This document shows positions 9,755 through 17,435 of a stretch of DNA of 64,000 nt, in pieces. Within the stretch, counting starts at the first letter, position 1; the number at the start of each line of letters is the position of its first letter. This DNA comes from an uncultured virus (IMG/VR IMGVR_UViG_3300037560_000199) (Duplodnaviria > Heunggongvirae > Uroviricota > Caudoviricetes). Below the pieces are notes generated by a model, which was given only the letters and a program-made list of their open reading frames with translations, ran no database searches and had not been told where the DNA came from. A program made the position numbers and the translations under genes. The stretch lies in the IMG/VR virus record IMGVR_UViG_3300037560_000199; one strand, written 5' to 3'.

Positions 9755-9966
9755 TCGACTACGTGTACATCGTCATGGGGCGCTTCGCTACGGACGGTTT
9801 ACAGACTGTCGTCAAGGCATTCGCTAGCGAGGAGCACGCACAGGAGCACGTAAAGCGCATCACGAAACCCCACGACGCTAGTGATGACTACTACTCGCTC
9901 CCGTCATCGGCAGACATGGTAGGTCTCACCTCAGTCTGGATCGAGCGGGTCAGGGTGGAGAAATGA
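9751..9966 (+). CDS. Hypothetical protein
   Basis: GGAGG RBS; GTGA coupling. Confidence 0.65.
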   Translation: MIDYVYIVMGRFATDGLQTVVKAFASEEHAQEHVKRITKPHDASDDYYSLPSSADMVGLTSVWIERVRVEK

Positions 9967-10088
9967 AGAAGAAGAAACCAATCACGTTCCGCTGCGTGAA
10001 GTGCGACAAGAAATGGGTGGGGACTAACAAGCATGTGTGCCCGCATTGCCACCACTTCGTGTTCGGCTACGGACACCATCGGTGGTGA
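9963..10088 (+). CDS. Small zinc-ribbon protein (41 aa)
   Basis: MKKKKPITFRCVKC...CPHC; GGAG RBS; coupled overlaps; not in ORF track. Confidence 0.6.
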   Translation: MKKKKPITFRCVKCDKKWVGTNKHVCPHCHHFVFGYGHHRW

Positions 10089-10267
10089 AAGTCCTCATCA
10101 CGACCCACTACACGGATCAAACGACTCGTCGTCAGCTTGGCGACCTTGAAAGCGTGAGCCTGTCGCCCATGCAACTCTGGCCCAGCAACGTGCGAGAGAT
10201 AACCTTCGAGAAGATCACTGACGAGGAAGCTAAAGTACTACTAGAAAAGTCATCCGATGAACGGTAG
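10085..10267 (+). CDS. Hypothetical protein
   Basis: GTGA overlap with previous stop. Confidence 0.55.
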   Translation: MKVLITTHYTDQTTRRQLGDLESVSLSPMQLWPSNVREITFEKITDEEAKVLLEKSSDER

Positions 10268-10296
10268 TTGACTTCACGGGAGCGGTCCCGTATGAT
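10268..10296 (+). promoter_or_regulatory. Near-consensus sigma70 promoter with operator in spacer
   Basis: TTGACT-17 nt-TATGAT; operator ACGGGAGCGGTCCCGT 10276-10291. Confidence 0.85.
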
Positions 10297-10330
10297 GAAT
10301 TCTCACAGTCAGAAAACGGAGCAGAAACAT

Positions 10331-11086
10331 ATGCAAGGATTTATCACAATGTGCGGCGCGAAGCGGGTGGAACGCAACGTCCTCAACGACGTGGAACTGC
10401 CGCAGCCGACTCGCACGCACAGTCCCTTCCCTCACGGTGACTTCATCAATCTGGTGGAAGACGAGATGGGCCGAGTCAACCTTTACTTTGGTGAGCAGGC
10501 GTATGCTCTCAATCACGAAGGTGCGCAGATGTTCGGTGCTGCTGAGGTGCGGGGACTGACCCCGATTGCCGAAGGCATCCAGACCATCATCGGTTTCCGG
10601 GGCTCGCACGACAAGACGCTGACTCGCGGTCTGCTGCAAGGCAAGGACGTGATGGTCTGCGACAACCTCGACTTCAATGGCGAGTACGTCATCCAGATGA
10701 AGCACACTCCGCGCAACATGGCACAACGCCTGCGCCACGAGGTCCGCGATCTCATCTACGGGATCAAGGGTCGCAACGATGCCGAGCGCGTGCGTGTCGA
10801 GCGCTACCAAGAAGCGCAGGTGAAGGACAGCACTGCGAATCATGCCATCATCCAGATGCTGCGCGGAGGTGTCATCAACACCCAGCGTGTCGAGAAGGTG
10901 GTCAACGAGTACTACGAGCCGTCGCACGAGGAGCACCTCAACGCGAACGGCGAGCGCACCATCTGGACGCTGCACAACGCAGCGACCGAAGCGCTCAAGG
11001 GCTGCGGCTTGGCAAGCCTGCCCAACAGGACCATGAAGCTCACTGAGCTAATGGACAACGTCACCAACTACGCACTGGCTGCGTAG
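10331..11086 (+). CDS. DUF932/DUF945-like protein
   Basis: SHDKT...VCDN...H...W-x-x-x-NA-x-TE pattern; RBS GGAGCAGAAACAT-ATG. Confidence 0.65.
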   Translation: MQGFITMCGAKRVERNVLNDVELPQPTRTHSPFPHGDFINLVEDEMGRVNLYFGEQAYALNHEGAQMFGAAEVRGLTPIAEGIQTIIGFRGSHDKTLTRGLLQGKDVMVCDNLDFNGEYVIQMKHTPRNMAQRLRHEVRDLIYGIKGRNDAERVRVERYQEAQVKDSTANHAIIQMLRGGVINTQRVEKVVNEYYEPSHEEHLNANGERTIWTLHNAATEALKGCGLASLPNRTMKLTELMDNVTNYALAA

Positions 11087-11159
11087 ACAGTTCGCTCCGC
11101 TGGGATGGGACATGGAGGTCCCTACCAGTTCGAGCGACAGGAACAGGAGCGAACAACAG

Positions 11160-11459
11160 ATGAACTACGAATTGATTTATCGTTCGGGCTACGACGGGCA
11201 TCACCTCTTCCGTAACAAGTTCAACGGACGTCTGGTGATCGCTGATCACTCGAACGACAACCTCATAGGTGATCCCGGCAATCCTGAGGGCACCGATGAT
11301 GGTCTGCTCTACGTGGACTTCAATCGTCCGGTGGAGGTGTACAAGCCCGGTATCTACTCCATCCCCATGGTCAATGCAGATGGTGGGCAGAGCAACTGCC
11401 TGGGCAAATTGGTCGAGATCCACCGCATCGAAGACATCGAAGAGCGGAGGTTCTCATGA
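11160..11459 (+). CDS. Hypothetical protein
   Basis: RBS GGAGCGAACAACAG-ATG. Confidence 0.7.
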   Translation: MNYELIYRSGYDGHHLFRNKFNGRLVIADHSNDNLIGDPGNPEGTDDGLLYVDFNRPVEVYKPGIYSIPMVNADGGQSNCLGKLVEIHRIEDIEERRFS

Positions 11460-11719
11460 CGCAGTTCGACATCACCATCCCGCAGATCGAGAGCGACATC
11501 AGGCGCAACAGGTGGCTCAAGCACCACCAGAAGTCCGTGGACAGAGTCCGCGCCTTAGTCGAAGCGTTGGGCAACGTGCGTGACTGGCAGCTGGATCTGC
11601 TGGAGGAAGTGGCAGACCAGATCAACGAGCGCAGAGAGTGCCCGCTGACTGCTCTGCGACTGCACCAGAACTCCATCCTCGACAACCCTGAGGAGTACCA
11701 GTTTTTCGACAAGGTCTGA
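11456..11719 (+). CDS. Hypothetical protein
   Basis: GGAGG RBS; ATGA coupling. Confidence 0.7.
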   Translation: MTQFDITIPQIESDIRRNRWLKHHQKSVDRVRALVEALGNVRDWQLDLLEEVADQINERRECPLTALRLHQNSILDNPEEYQFFDKV

Positions 11720-11781
11720 AACGGAGCCAAAAGAGTGGATGAGTGCAGGTCGCTACTGCGCAACAAAGAGCTTCACACTGG

Positions 11782-11813
11782 GTAGCGGGGGTCCACGTCT
11801 CGCTACTTTTTTT
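11782..11813 (+). terminator. Rho-independent terminator
   Basis: GTAGCG(GG)...(CT)CGCTAC stem followed by T7. Confidence 0.8.
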
Positions 11814-11819
11814 CAGAAC

Positions 11820-11897
11820 TGTGACGTAGTCGATATTAACGGTAGCGCTAACGTGATTTAATAGTGGTTCAGTCAAAGTTAGTTGGAGCGAGACAGA
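11820..11897 (+). promoter_or_regulatory. CRP-box/operator/extended -10 promoter plus conserved leader
   Basis: TGTGA 11820, operator 11839-11854, TGa-TTTAAT 11857, leader TTCAGTCAAAGTTAGTTGGAGCG. Confidence 0.8.
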
Positions 11898-12023
11898 ATG
11901 AAGTACGGAGCAGAGCACTACAAGTGCAGCCTCTCGAAGAAACAGAATCGTCGCAACCGTCGCGTTGCTCGCAGCCAAGAGCGTCGTGTCGGTAAAGCAG
12001 CAGCACAGGAGCGAAACAGATGA
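11898..12023 (+). CDS. Arg-rich 41-aa peptide
   Basis: MKYGAEHYKCSLSKKQNRRNRRVARSQERRVGKAAAQERNR; cassette RBS; ATGA coupling; not in ORF track. Confidence 0.65.
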   Translation: MKYGAEHYKCSLSKKQNRRNRRVARSQERRVGKAAAQERNR

Positions 12024-12382
12024 GCAAGTTCAGTGATCCGATGCCCCGAAGCGAGCACGAGTGCCCCCGGTGCCATCAGGTACTTCAGCCTCTCAGCAAT
12101 GGGATTCCTCACCACTGCAAGGTGAAGGAGTTGCCCTACGAAGAGATGTGCGAAGCGCTGCAGGGTCTGCAGGAGCATTACGGCGAGACGTATGCTCAGC
12201 ACCGCAACGAGACCGCACAGTTCGGTGACTCCTGGCCCGGTGCGCAGATCGAGTTGAGCGAGATGGGCGCAAGCGTCCGCAAGCTCGAAGCTGAGATCGA
12301 AGCGCATCCCGACCACAACCCTCTGCGCAGCTGGGACGAGAAGCTCAGCGATGATTTCACTGACGACGACATCCCGTTTTAG
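12020..12382 (+). CDS. Zn-finger/coiled-coil protein ending in SSB-like tail DDDIPF
   Basis: CPRC...HHC; C-terminus DFTDDDIPF; RBS GGAGCGAAACAG. Confidence 0.75.
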   Translation: MSKFSDPMPRSEHECPRCHQVLQPLSNGIPHHCKVKELPYEEMCEALQGLQEHYGETYAQHRNETAQFGDSWPGAQIELSEMGASVRKLEAEIEAHPDHNPLRSWDEKLSDDFTDDDIPF

Positions 12383-12398
12383 GAAGGAGCGAAACAGT

Positions 12399-12614
12399 AT
12401 GGAAATTGATATCAGAGGATCGCAGGGCAACGCAAGGTTTCTCATGGGCAGCGCCGAGCGATGGGCGAAGCAACTGGAGTGGGATCAATCAGCGATTGAC
12501 GAGATGATGGAAGACATGGAGTCAGGTGACTACAACCACCTGCTCGACGTGATCGAGGAGAAGTTCAAGTACGTCGTCACGCTCATCGGTCGCGACGGGG
12601 AGGACGACGAATGA
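12399..12614 (+). CDS. Hypothetical protein
   Basis: RBS GGAGCGAAACAGT-ATG; GSQGNA...MESGDYNHLL. Confidence 0.7.
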   Translation: MEIDIRGSQGNARFLMGSAERWAKQLEWDQSAIDEMMEDMESGDYNHLLDVIEEKFKYVVTLIGRDGEDDE

Positions 12615-12853
12615 ATCTTGATCGACCGATTCTACTCAGCGTCTGAGCCGATGGTGAAATATCCTTCCGTGAGAAGGACGAGCCAAGGCACCGCACCGCG
12701 CTTCCGTTCCACAGTGTGGATACGAAGGAGGAAGCGCAGAGCATGCAGGTCAGACACTGCAGGTATCACTACGATGGACGCTACATCCTGAACCACTGGA
12801 GTGGTGACGTCGAAGACATTTTCACCCTAGCCGATACGCTGGGCCTGGACTAG
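12611..12853 (+). pseudogene. 80-codon ORF interrupted by in-frame TGA at codon 12
   Basis: GGAGG RBS and ATGA coupling; frame stays open after TGA 12644-12646 to TAG 12853 and fills the intergenic gap. Confidence 0.55.
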
Positions 12854-12867
12854 GAGGAGCGAAACAG

Positions 12868-13332
12868 ATGACCACGCACGTTGACAGAGCACGCACACTC
12901 GCACGCATTGCGCACCACGGTCAGGTGGACAAGGCAGGCGACGACTACTTCACCGGGCACCTGACGCGAGTTGCTGAGGCAGCTGACTACTACATCGACA
13001 TGAGCGTGGGCTACCTGCACGACATCGTGGAGGACACCGTGGTTACGTTGGTGGATCTCCATACTCTGGACTTTAGCTACGACATCATCGCAGCTGTCCA
13101 GGCACTGACGCACGACAAGGACAGGCATACCTACGCCGAGTACATCACGCACATCATCGGCATTGGAGGCAGCGCTCTGCGGGTGAAGTTCAGCGACACA
13201 CGAGATCATCTGCGCGAGGAGACTATGCATGCCATCACTGCTTCGCTAGTCAAGCGCTACGAGGATGCCTTCGAGCGGCTAGCGCGAGCTAAAGGGAAGG
13301 AGGCAGAGAAGCTCCGAGAAACGGGTTTCTAG
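12868..13332 (+). CDS. HD-domain phosphohydrolase, small alarmone ((p)ppGpp) hydrolase-like
   Basis: AHHGQVDKAG..Y..H...LHDIVEDT...VKFSD. Confidence 0.8.
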   Translation: MTTHVDRARTLARIAHHGQVDKAGDDYFTGHLTRVAEAADYYIDMSVGYLHDIVEDTVVTLVDLHTLDFSYDIIAAVQALTHDKDRHTYAEYITHIIGIGGSALRVKFSDTRDHLREETMHAITASLVKRYEDAFERLARAKGKEAEKLRETGF

Positions 13333-13335
13333 AAG

Positions 13336-13411
13336 TGTGACGCAGTCGCTATTAACGCTAACGCTCCCGTGGTCTAATGTACGCTCAGTCATTCGTTGGA
13401 GCGAAGCTAAG
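13336..13411 (+). promoter_or_regulatory. CRP-box/operator/extended -10 promoter cassette
   Basis: TGTGA 13336, operator 13355-13370, TGg-TCTAAT 13373, GTTGGAGCG. Confidence 0.75.
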
Positions 13412-13798
13412 ATGCAGACCACCAGACAACGTCGAAGAGCAGCCTCGAACAACCGAGAGAACCCCAACCAGAACAAGTGCGGGCTCGCGATTGCTCAAGC
13501 TCTCGGGGTAGACGACAAGGTCCGTTACCTGCACACCATCCGCGACCTCAAGCGTGCAGCCTCTCACTACTTCAGCGTGCGCAGTCGAGCGACTGCTCTG
13601 GGTCTGAAGAAAGGCAAGCGCACCACCGTGGGCTCCATGCGCAGGCACTGCGCACTCCAAGGGGCTCGTTGGTTCCTTGTGTGGACGCCCCTGCACGTGC
13701 TCCTGCTCAATGCCAAGGGCACCACCATCATCGACGCTGACCCGCGCAAGCGCGATTCGCGCCCGGTCCTGGGAGTCTGGGGCTTGTTCCCGAAATAG
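13412..13798 (+). CDS. Basic hypothetical protein with Arg-rich N-terminus
   Basis: MQTTRQRRRAA...; cassette RBS. Confidence 0.7.
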   Translation: MQTTRQRRRAASNNRENPNQNKCGLAIAQALGVDDKVRYLHTIRDLKRAASHYFSVRSRATALGLKKGKRTTVGSMRRHCALQGARWFLVWTPLHVLLLNAKGTTIIDADPRKRDSRPVLGVWGLFPK

Positions 13799-13799
13799 C

Positions 13800-13890
13800 G
13801 GATGTTCAAAAGTGTGACGCAGTCGCTATTAACGGCACCGGTAACGTGGTCTAATAGTGGTTCAGTCAAAGTTAGTTGGAGCGAAGCAAT
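13800..13890 (+). promoter_or_regulatory. CRP-box/operator/extended -10 promoter plus conserved leader
   Basis: TGTGA 13813, operator 13832-13847, TGg-TCTAAT 13850, leader identical to 11868-11890. Confidence 0.8.
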
Positions 13891-14097
13891 ATGACAACGG
13901 TTAGACAAGAGATACAACACCTCGAAGAGCAGACGCGCAAAGCGCTGCGTGACATCAACGACGCTGAGCATCGCATCTCGATCAACAGCGACTACGTTGG
14001 TGCAGTGCTGGACCTTCAACGTGCAAGCGGTCGCCTGCTCTTCGCAAGCGAGCGCATCGCCTTTCTCGCAGAGCAGATGGTGGAGGAAGGAGCATGA
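13891..14097 (+). CDS. Hypothetical coiled-coil protein
   Basis: Cassette RBS; ATGA coupling. Confidence 0.7.
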   Translation: MTTVRQEIQHLEEQTRKALRDINDAEHRISINSDYVGAVLDLQRASGRLLFASERIAFLAEQMVEEGA

Positions 14098-14324
14098 AAG
14101 CATCAACCTTGATGAAGCTCTCCATCCAGAAGCGCAACTCAGCGATGGAGGAATGCGTCGATGTCCTAGTGCTGGGTAACAACGTGTTCACCGTTGGCAG
14201 GACCGACAACGGGTTCGCCAGCTGGGCAGTCAGCGATCACGACGACAGCAGCTATTGGGGTCACTACTTCTCGACTCACGAGGCGGCAGTGGCTGACATG
14301 TACGAGAGGGCTGGAGTCAAGTGA
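14094..14324 (+). CDS. Hypothetical protein (YWGHYF motif)
   Basis: AAGGAG RBS; coupling. Confidence 0.7.
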   Translation: MKASTLMKLSIQKRNSAMEECVDVLVLGNNVFTVGRTDNGFASWAVSDHDDSSYWGHYFSTHEAAVADMYERAGVK

Positions 14325-14437
14325 AAGCGACGATGTCAATGTGTCAGACGCTGATGCTGGTCGCAGACGACGACCTGCTCAGCGATCTGGACCAAATACT
14401 CGAATCAAAAATGCCGACAAGGCAAGGAGCGAAACAG

Positions 14438-14662
14438 ATGAAAGTTGAAGTAACCGAGACGTTCGGAGTGCGCCGCAGCAAGGACGGCGAGATCGAGATC
14501 CACGAGGGTCATGCAGTCACCGGACTGTGCATCCTCAGAGCCCCCACGCTGGAGCAGGCAGTTGCTGACCTTCGCGAGATGATGGAAGGCGATTCCATTG
14601 GCGAGTTCGAGGTGCACGTGATCGATGTGCATCCGACCAACGACAAAGACTTGCTGTCATGA
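14438..14662 (+). CDS. Hypothetical protein (may also start at GTG 14321)
   Basis: RBS GGAGCGAAACAG-ATG in frame with upstream GTG. Confidence 0.6.
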   Translation: MKVEVTETFGVRRSKDGEIEIHEGHAVTGLCILRAPTLEQAVADLREMMEGDSIGEFEVHVIDVHPTNDKDLLS

Positions 14663-14919
14663 GCAAGACAACCATCGACCTCACTCCCACGTGGCGAGCA
14701 GTAATGTCTGCCTACGTGAGAGTGCTCACAGAGGGCAATGCAGAAGGTCAACACATCGCACGCGACGAGCTACTGAACGTGGGCAAATGGCTGGATGAAT
14801 TCAACACGATGGAGTGGGGAAAGATCCTGCGCGCCGCCGACGCTAGCGACGATGATGATGTGCGGACAGCTGTCGCAGCCGTGCGTGAGTGGTTCGCCAG
14901 CGATGAGGAGCAGTCGTGA
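14659..14919 (+). CDS. Hypothetical protein (TIDLTPTW motif)
   Basis: ATGA coupling. Confidence 0.7.
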   Translation: MSKTTIDLTPTWRAVMSAYVRVLTEGNAEGQHIARDELLNVGKWLDEFNTMEWGKILRAADASDDDDVRTAVAAVREWFASDEEQS

Positions 14920-15167
14920 AAATCCAGTGGGTCTATCAGGATGATGCGGGATTCTGGGATAGCTTCGAGGAGCGCTTCTCAGTCTCCCCCATCTACATCG
15001 GGCGCACTTCGCCGCAAGGCTACGAGCTTCGCGATGCGCTCAAGACTCACACTGTTACCACTCCTCACGGCGAGCATGAGTCTCGTGTCTATCACGGGAT
15101 CTGGACAGTGCGCGAAGCGAAGGCAAAAGCCGAAGAGATCCTGCAAGCCGAGAGAAGGCGCAAATAA
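14916..15167 (+). CDS. Hypothetical protein
   Basis: GAGGAG RBS; GTGA coupling. Confidence 0.65.
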   Translation: MKIQWVYQDDAGFWDSFEERFSVSPIYIGRTSPQGYELRDALKTHTVTTPHGEHESRVYHGIWTVREAKAKAEEILQAERRRK

Positions 15168-15168
15168 C

Positions 15169-15260
15169 GGATGTTCAGAAATGTGACGTAGTTCCGGACA
15201 CGGCAGCGCTAATGTGTTTTAATAGATGTTCAGTCAAAGTTAGTTGGAGCGAAAACAGAT
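15169..15260 (+). promoter_or_regulatory. CRP-box/operator/extended -10 promoter plus conserved leader
   Basis: TGTGA 15182, operator 15200-15215, TGt-TTTAAT 15218 (spacing 1 nt shorter), conserved leader. Confidence 0.75.
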
Positions 15261-15701
15261 ATGCATACTCACTACCACCCCAAGACCCAGACGTGGTTCA
15301 CGCTCGACACCTGCGAGCATTGCGGCGGCGACGTGCAAGCGGCGAACGCTGTGAAGGTCTCGAAGGATCAGCAGCTGCAACTCGTCAAGATGGGCGTGAC
15401 CATCGTGGAGACTCTCCCGGTGGAAGGCTATTGGAGCGATGCGGTCGAAGGCGAGCAGTGCGACAACTGCCTCGACAACCACGACGTCACCGTCACGATG
15501 TCTCCCCACTTGGCGCGAATGCTTGCAACCGCAACCATCACCAATCACGAGACGACCCTGCAGGTCGCGAAGGAAGCGATGGCATTCAAGCGCACTCTGC
15601 GCCGCAAGCTCCGCGCTGCTGGTGAGCATACTGGTGAGGTCCACTCCACGCAGGAACGCGAGTTTCCTTATGTGTCGGACGGCGACGTCAGTCACGACTA
15701 A
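15261..15701 (+). CDS. Zn-ribbon hypothetical protein
   Basis: CEHC and CDNC pairs; cassette RBS. Confidence 0.7.
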   Translation: MHTHYHPKTQTWFTLDTCEHCGGDVQAANAVKVSKDQQLQLVKMGVTIVETLPVEGYWSDAVEGEQCDNCLDNHDVTVTMSPHLARMLATATITNHETTLQVAKEAMAFKRTLRRKLRAAGEHTGEVHSTQEREFPYVSDGDVSHD

Positions 15702-15725
15702 ACTAGCGAACACGAGGCGGAATAG

Positions 15726-15818
15726 GGATGTTCCGTTTTGTGACGTGGATCACAGTAACGGTAGCGCTAACGTGTTTTAATAGATGTTCAGTCAAAGTTA
15801 GTTGGAGCAAAACAGAAT
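15726..15818 (+). promoter_or_regulatory. CRP-box/operator/extended -10 promoter plus conserved leader
   Basis: Perfect TGTGA-cgtgga-TCACA 15739-15754, operator 15758-15773, TGt-TTTAAT 15776. Confidence 0.85.
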
Positions 15819-17300
15819 ATGATCTTTTCACCTTTCCAAACCGCGATCTTCGACTGGTGCAAAGCGCACCTCGAAACGGCAGGCGCACTCGTCGTGCAAG
15901 CTGTCGCAGGTTCCGGCAAAACCACCGTCATCGTTGAGGCCGCGAATTTCATTCCTGCAGATCACAAGGCTGCGTTCCTCGCGTTCAACAAGAACACCGC
16001 TGACAAGCTGCGCGAGAAGCTTCCCGAGCACGTCGAAAGCAAAACGCTCAATGCTCTAGGATGGGCGGCATGCCGCTACAACCTTGGCAAAGCGATCAAG
16101 GTCAATGCGAGCAAGACCCGCGACCTGATCCGCAGGCACCTGTCCGACGATGCCGCTGAGGTGATGGGCGACCTGATGAATCTCATCGGCAAGGCGAAGT
16201 CTCACGGTCTCATACCGGTAGGCTACGCGAACCCGACTGGGACCTATGAGGCAACCGACGAGCGCTGGATTGAGCTGATGGACCGGTTCGACATCGACCC
16301 CAACAATGGCACCACCGAAGCTGAGTTTCTAGGATGGGCGAACACGCTGCTCAAGCTAGGGCTCGAAGAAACCCACGAGCTTGACTTCGATGATCAGCTG
16401 TATATGCCCGTCGCACTCGACATGCGCACGTGGGGTTACGACTGGGTCATCGTCGATGAGGCGCAAGATGTCTCCCACGTGCAGCGCACCTTGCTTCGCA
16501 AGTTTCTCAAGCGCGGCGGCAGAGTGATTGCAGTGGGCGATTCTCATCAAGCTATCTACGGGTTTCGCGGTGCAGACTCGCAGTCACTCGCGAACATCGG
16601 GCGACTGTTCAAGGCTGATGAGCTACCGCTCTCGATCAGCTATCGTTGCCCGCGCAAGGTGATCGAGATAGCTAAGCAATTTGTCCCGCACATTGAGTGC
16701 AGCGACACTGCCGAAGAAGGCGAGGTGTTGAACCCGACAGCATGGTCAATCGATTCGTTCAGCGACGATGACCTGATCGTCTGCCGCAACACTGCGCCGC
16801 TGATCGAGCTTGCATACAAGTGCATCGCGGAAGGCAAGAAGGTGCACGTGATGGGTCGCGACATCGGCACCGGTCTGATCAACGTGGTCAAGAAAGCAGG
16901 CGGCAAGCGTATCAGCACCATCGAAGAGCTTCGCCCGAAGCTTGATGCATGGCAACAACGACAGCTGCGCAAGGCGGGCGAAGATGAGGCGAAGCAAGCT
17001 GCAGTAACCGATAAGGTTGACTGCCTCAACGTGGTGATGGCGGGACTCGAAACCATCGCTGAGCTAGTCGCTGCGATTAACAGCATCTTCAGCAATGATG
17101 TGAAGGGAACCACCTTAGCAACGGTGCACAAGGCGAAGGGTATGGAAGCGCCGCGAGTGTTCATACTCGAACCGCACCTCATGCCATCACCTTGGGCGCG
17201 CCAGCCCTGGCAACAAGAGCAGGAAGCCAACCTGCAATACGTTGCCGTGACCCGTGCGCTTGAGACGCTGGTCTACCTTCCTTTGGACATAATCGAATAG
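15819..17300 (+). CDS. UvrD/Rep-family superfamily 1 helicase
   Basis: AVAGSGKT, VDEAQD, VGDSHQAIYGFRGA, SYRCP, TVHKAKGME, YVAVTRA. Confidence 0.95.
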   Translation: MIFSPFQTAIFDWCKAHLETAGALVVQAVAGSGKTTVIVEAANFIPADHKAAFLAFNKNTADKLREKLPEHVESKTLNALGWAACRYNLGKAIKVNASKTRDLIRRHLSDDAAEVMGDLMNLIGKAKSHGLIPVGYANPTGTYEATDERWIELMDRFDIDPNNGTTEAEFLGWANTLLKLGLEETHELDFDDQLYMPVALDMRTWGYDWVIVDEAQDVSHVQRTLLRKFLKRGGRVIAVGDSHQAIYGFRGADSQSLANIGRLFKADELPLSISYRCPRKVIEIAKQFVPHIECSDTAEEGEVLNPTAWSIDSFSDDDLIVCRNTAPLIELAYKCIAEGKKVHVMGRDIGTGLINVVKKAGGKRISTIEELRPKLDAWQQRQLRKAGEDEAKQAAVTDKVDCLNVVMAGLETIAELVAAINSIFSNDVKGTTLATVHKAKGMEAPRVFILEPHLMPSPWARQPWQQEQEANLQYVAVTRALETLVYLPLDIIE

Positions 17301-17317
17301 TCGCTCCAACGGCTGTT

Positions 17318-17342
17318 AGCCCCGGAAACGGGGCTTTTTTTT
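17318..17342 (+). terminator. Rho-independent terminator
   Basis: AGCCCCG-GAAA-CGGGGCT followed by T-run. Confidence 0.9.
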
Positions 17343-17354
17343 GATTGTCAGAAA

Positions 17355-17435
17355 TGTGAACTGCGTCACAGTAACGGGAGCGCTAACGTGAGAGAATAGC
17401 TATTCAATCGAGATAGTGAGTTGGAGCGAAACGGC
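17355..17435 (+). promoter_or_regulatory. CRP-box/operator/extended -10 promoter cassette
   Basis: AAA-TGTGA-actgcg-TCACA 17355-17370, operator 17374-17389, TGa-GAGAAT 17392. Confidence 0.85.

Noticed and set aside
12644..12646. Genome-wide TGA recoding
   Set aside because: Many genes end in TGA with ATGA/GTGA coupling, and long genes are intact under the standard code
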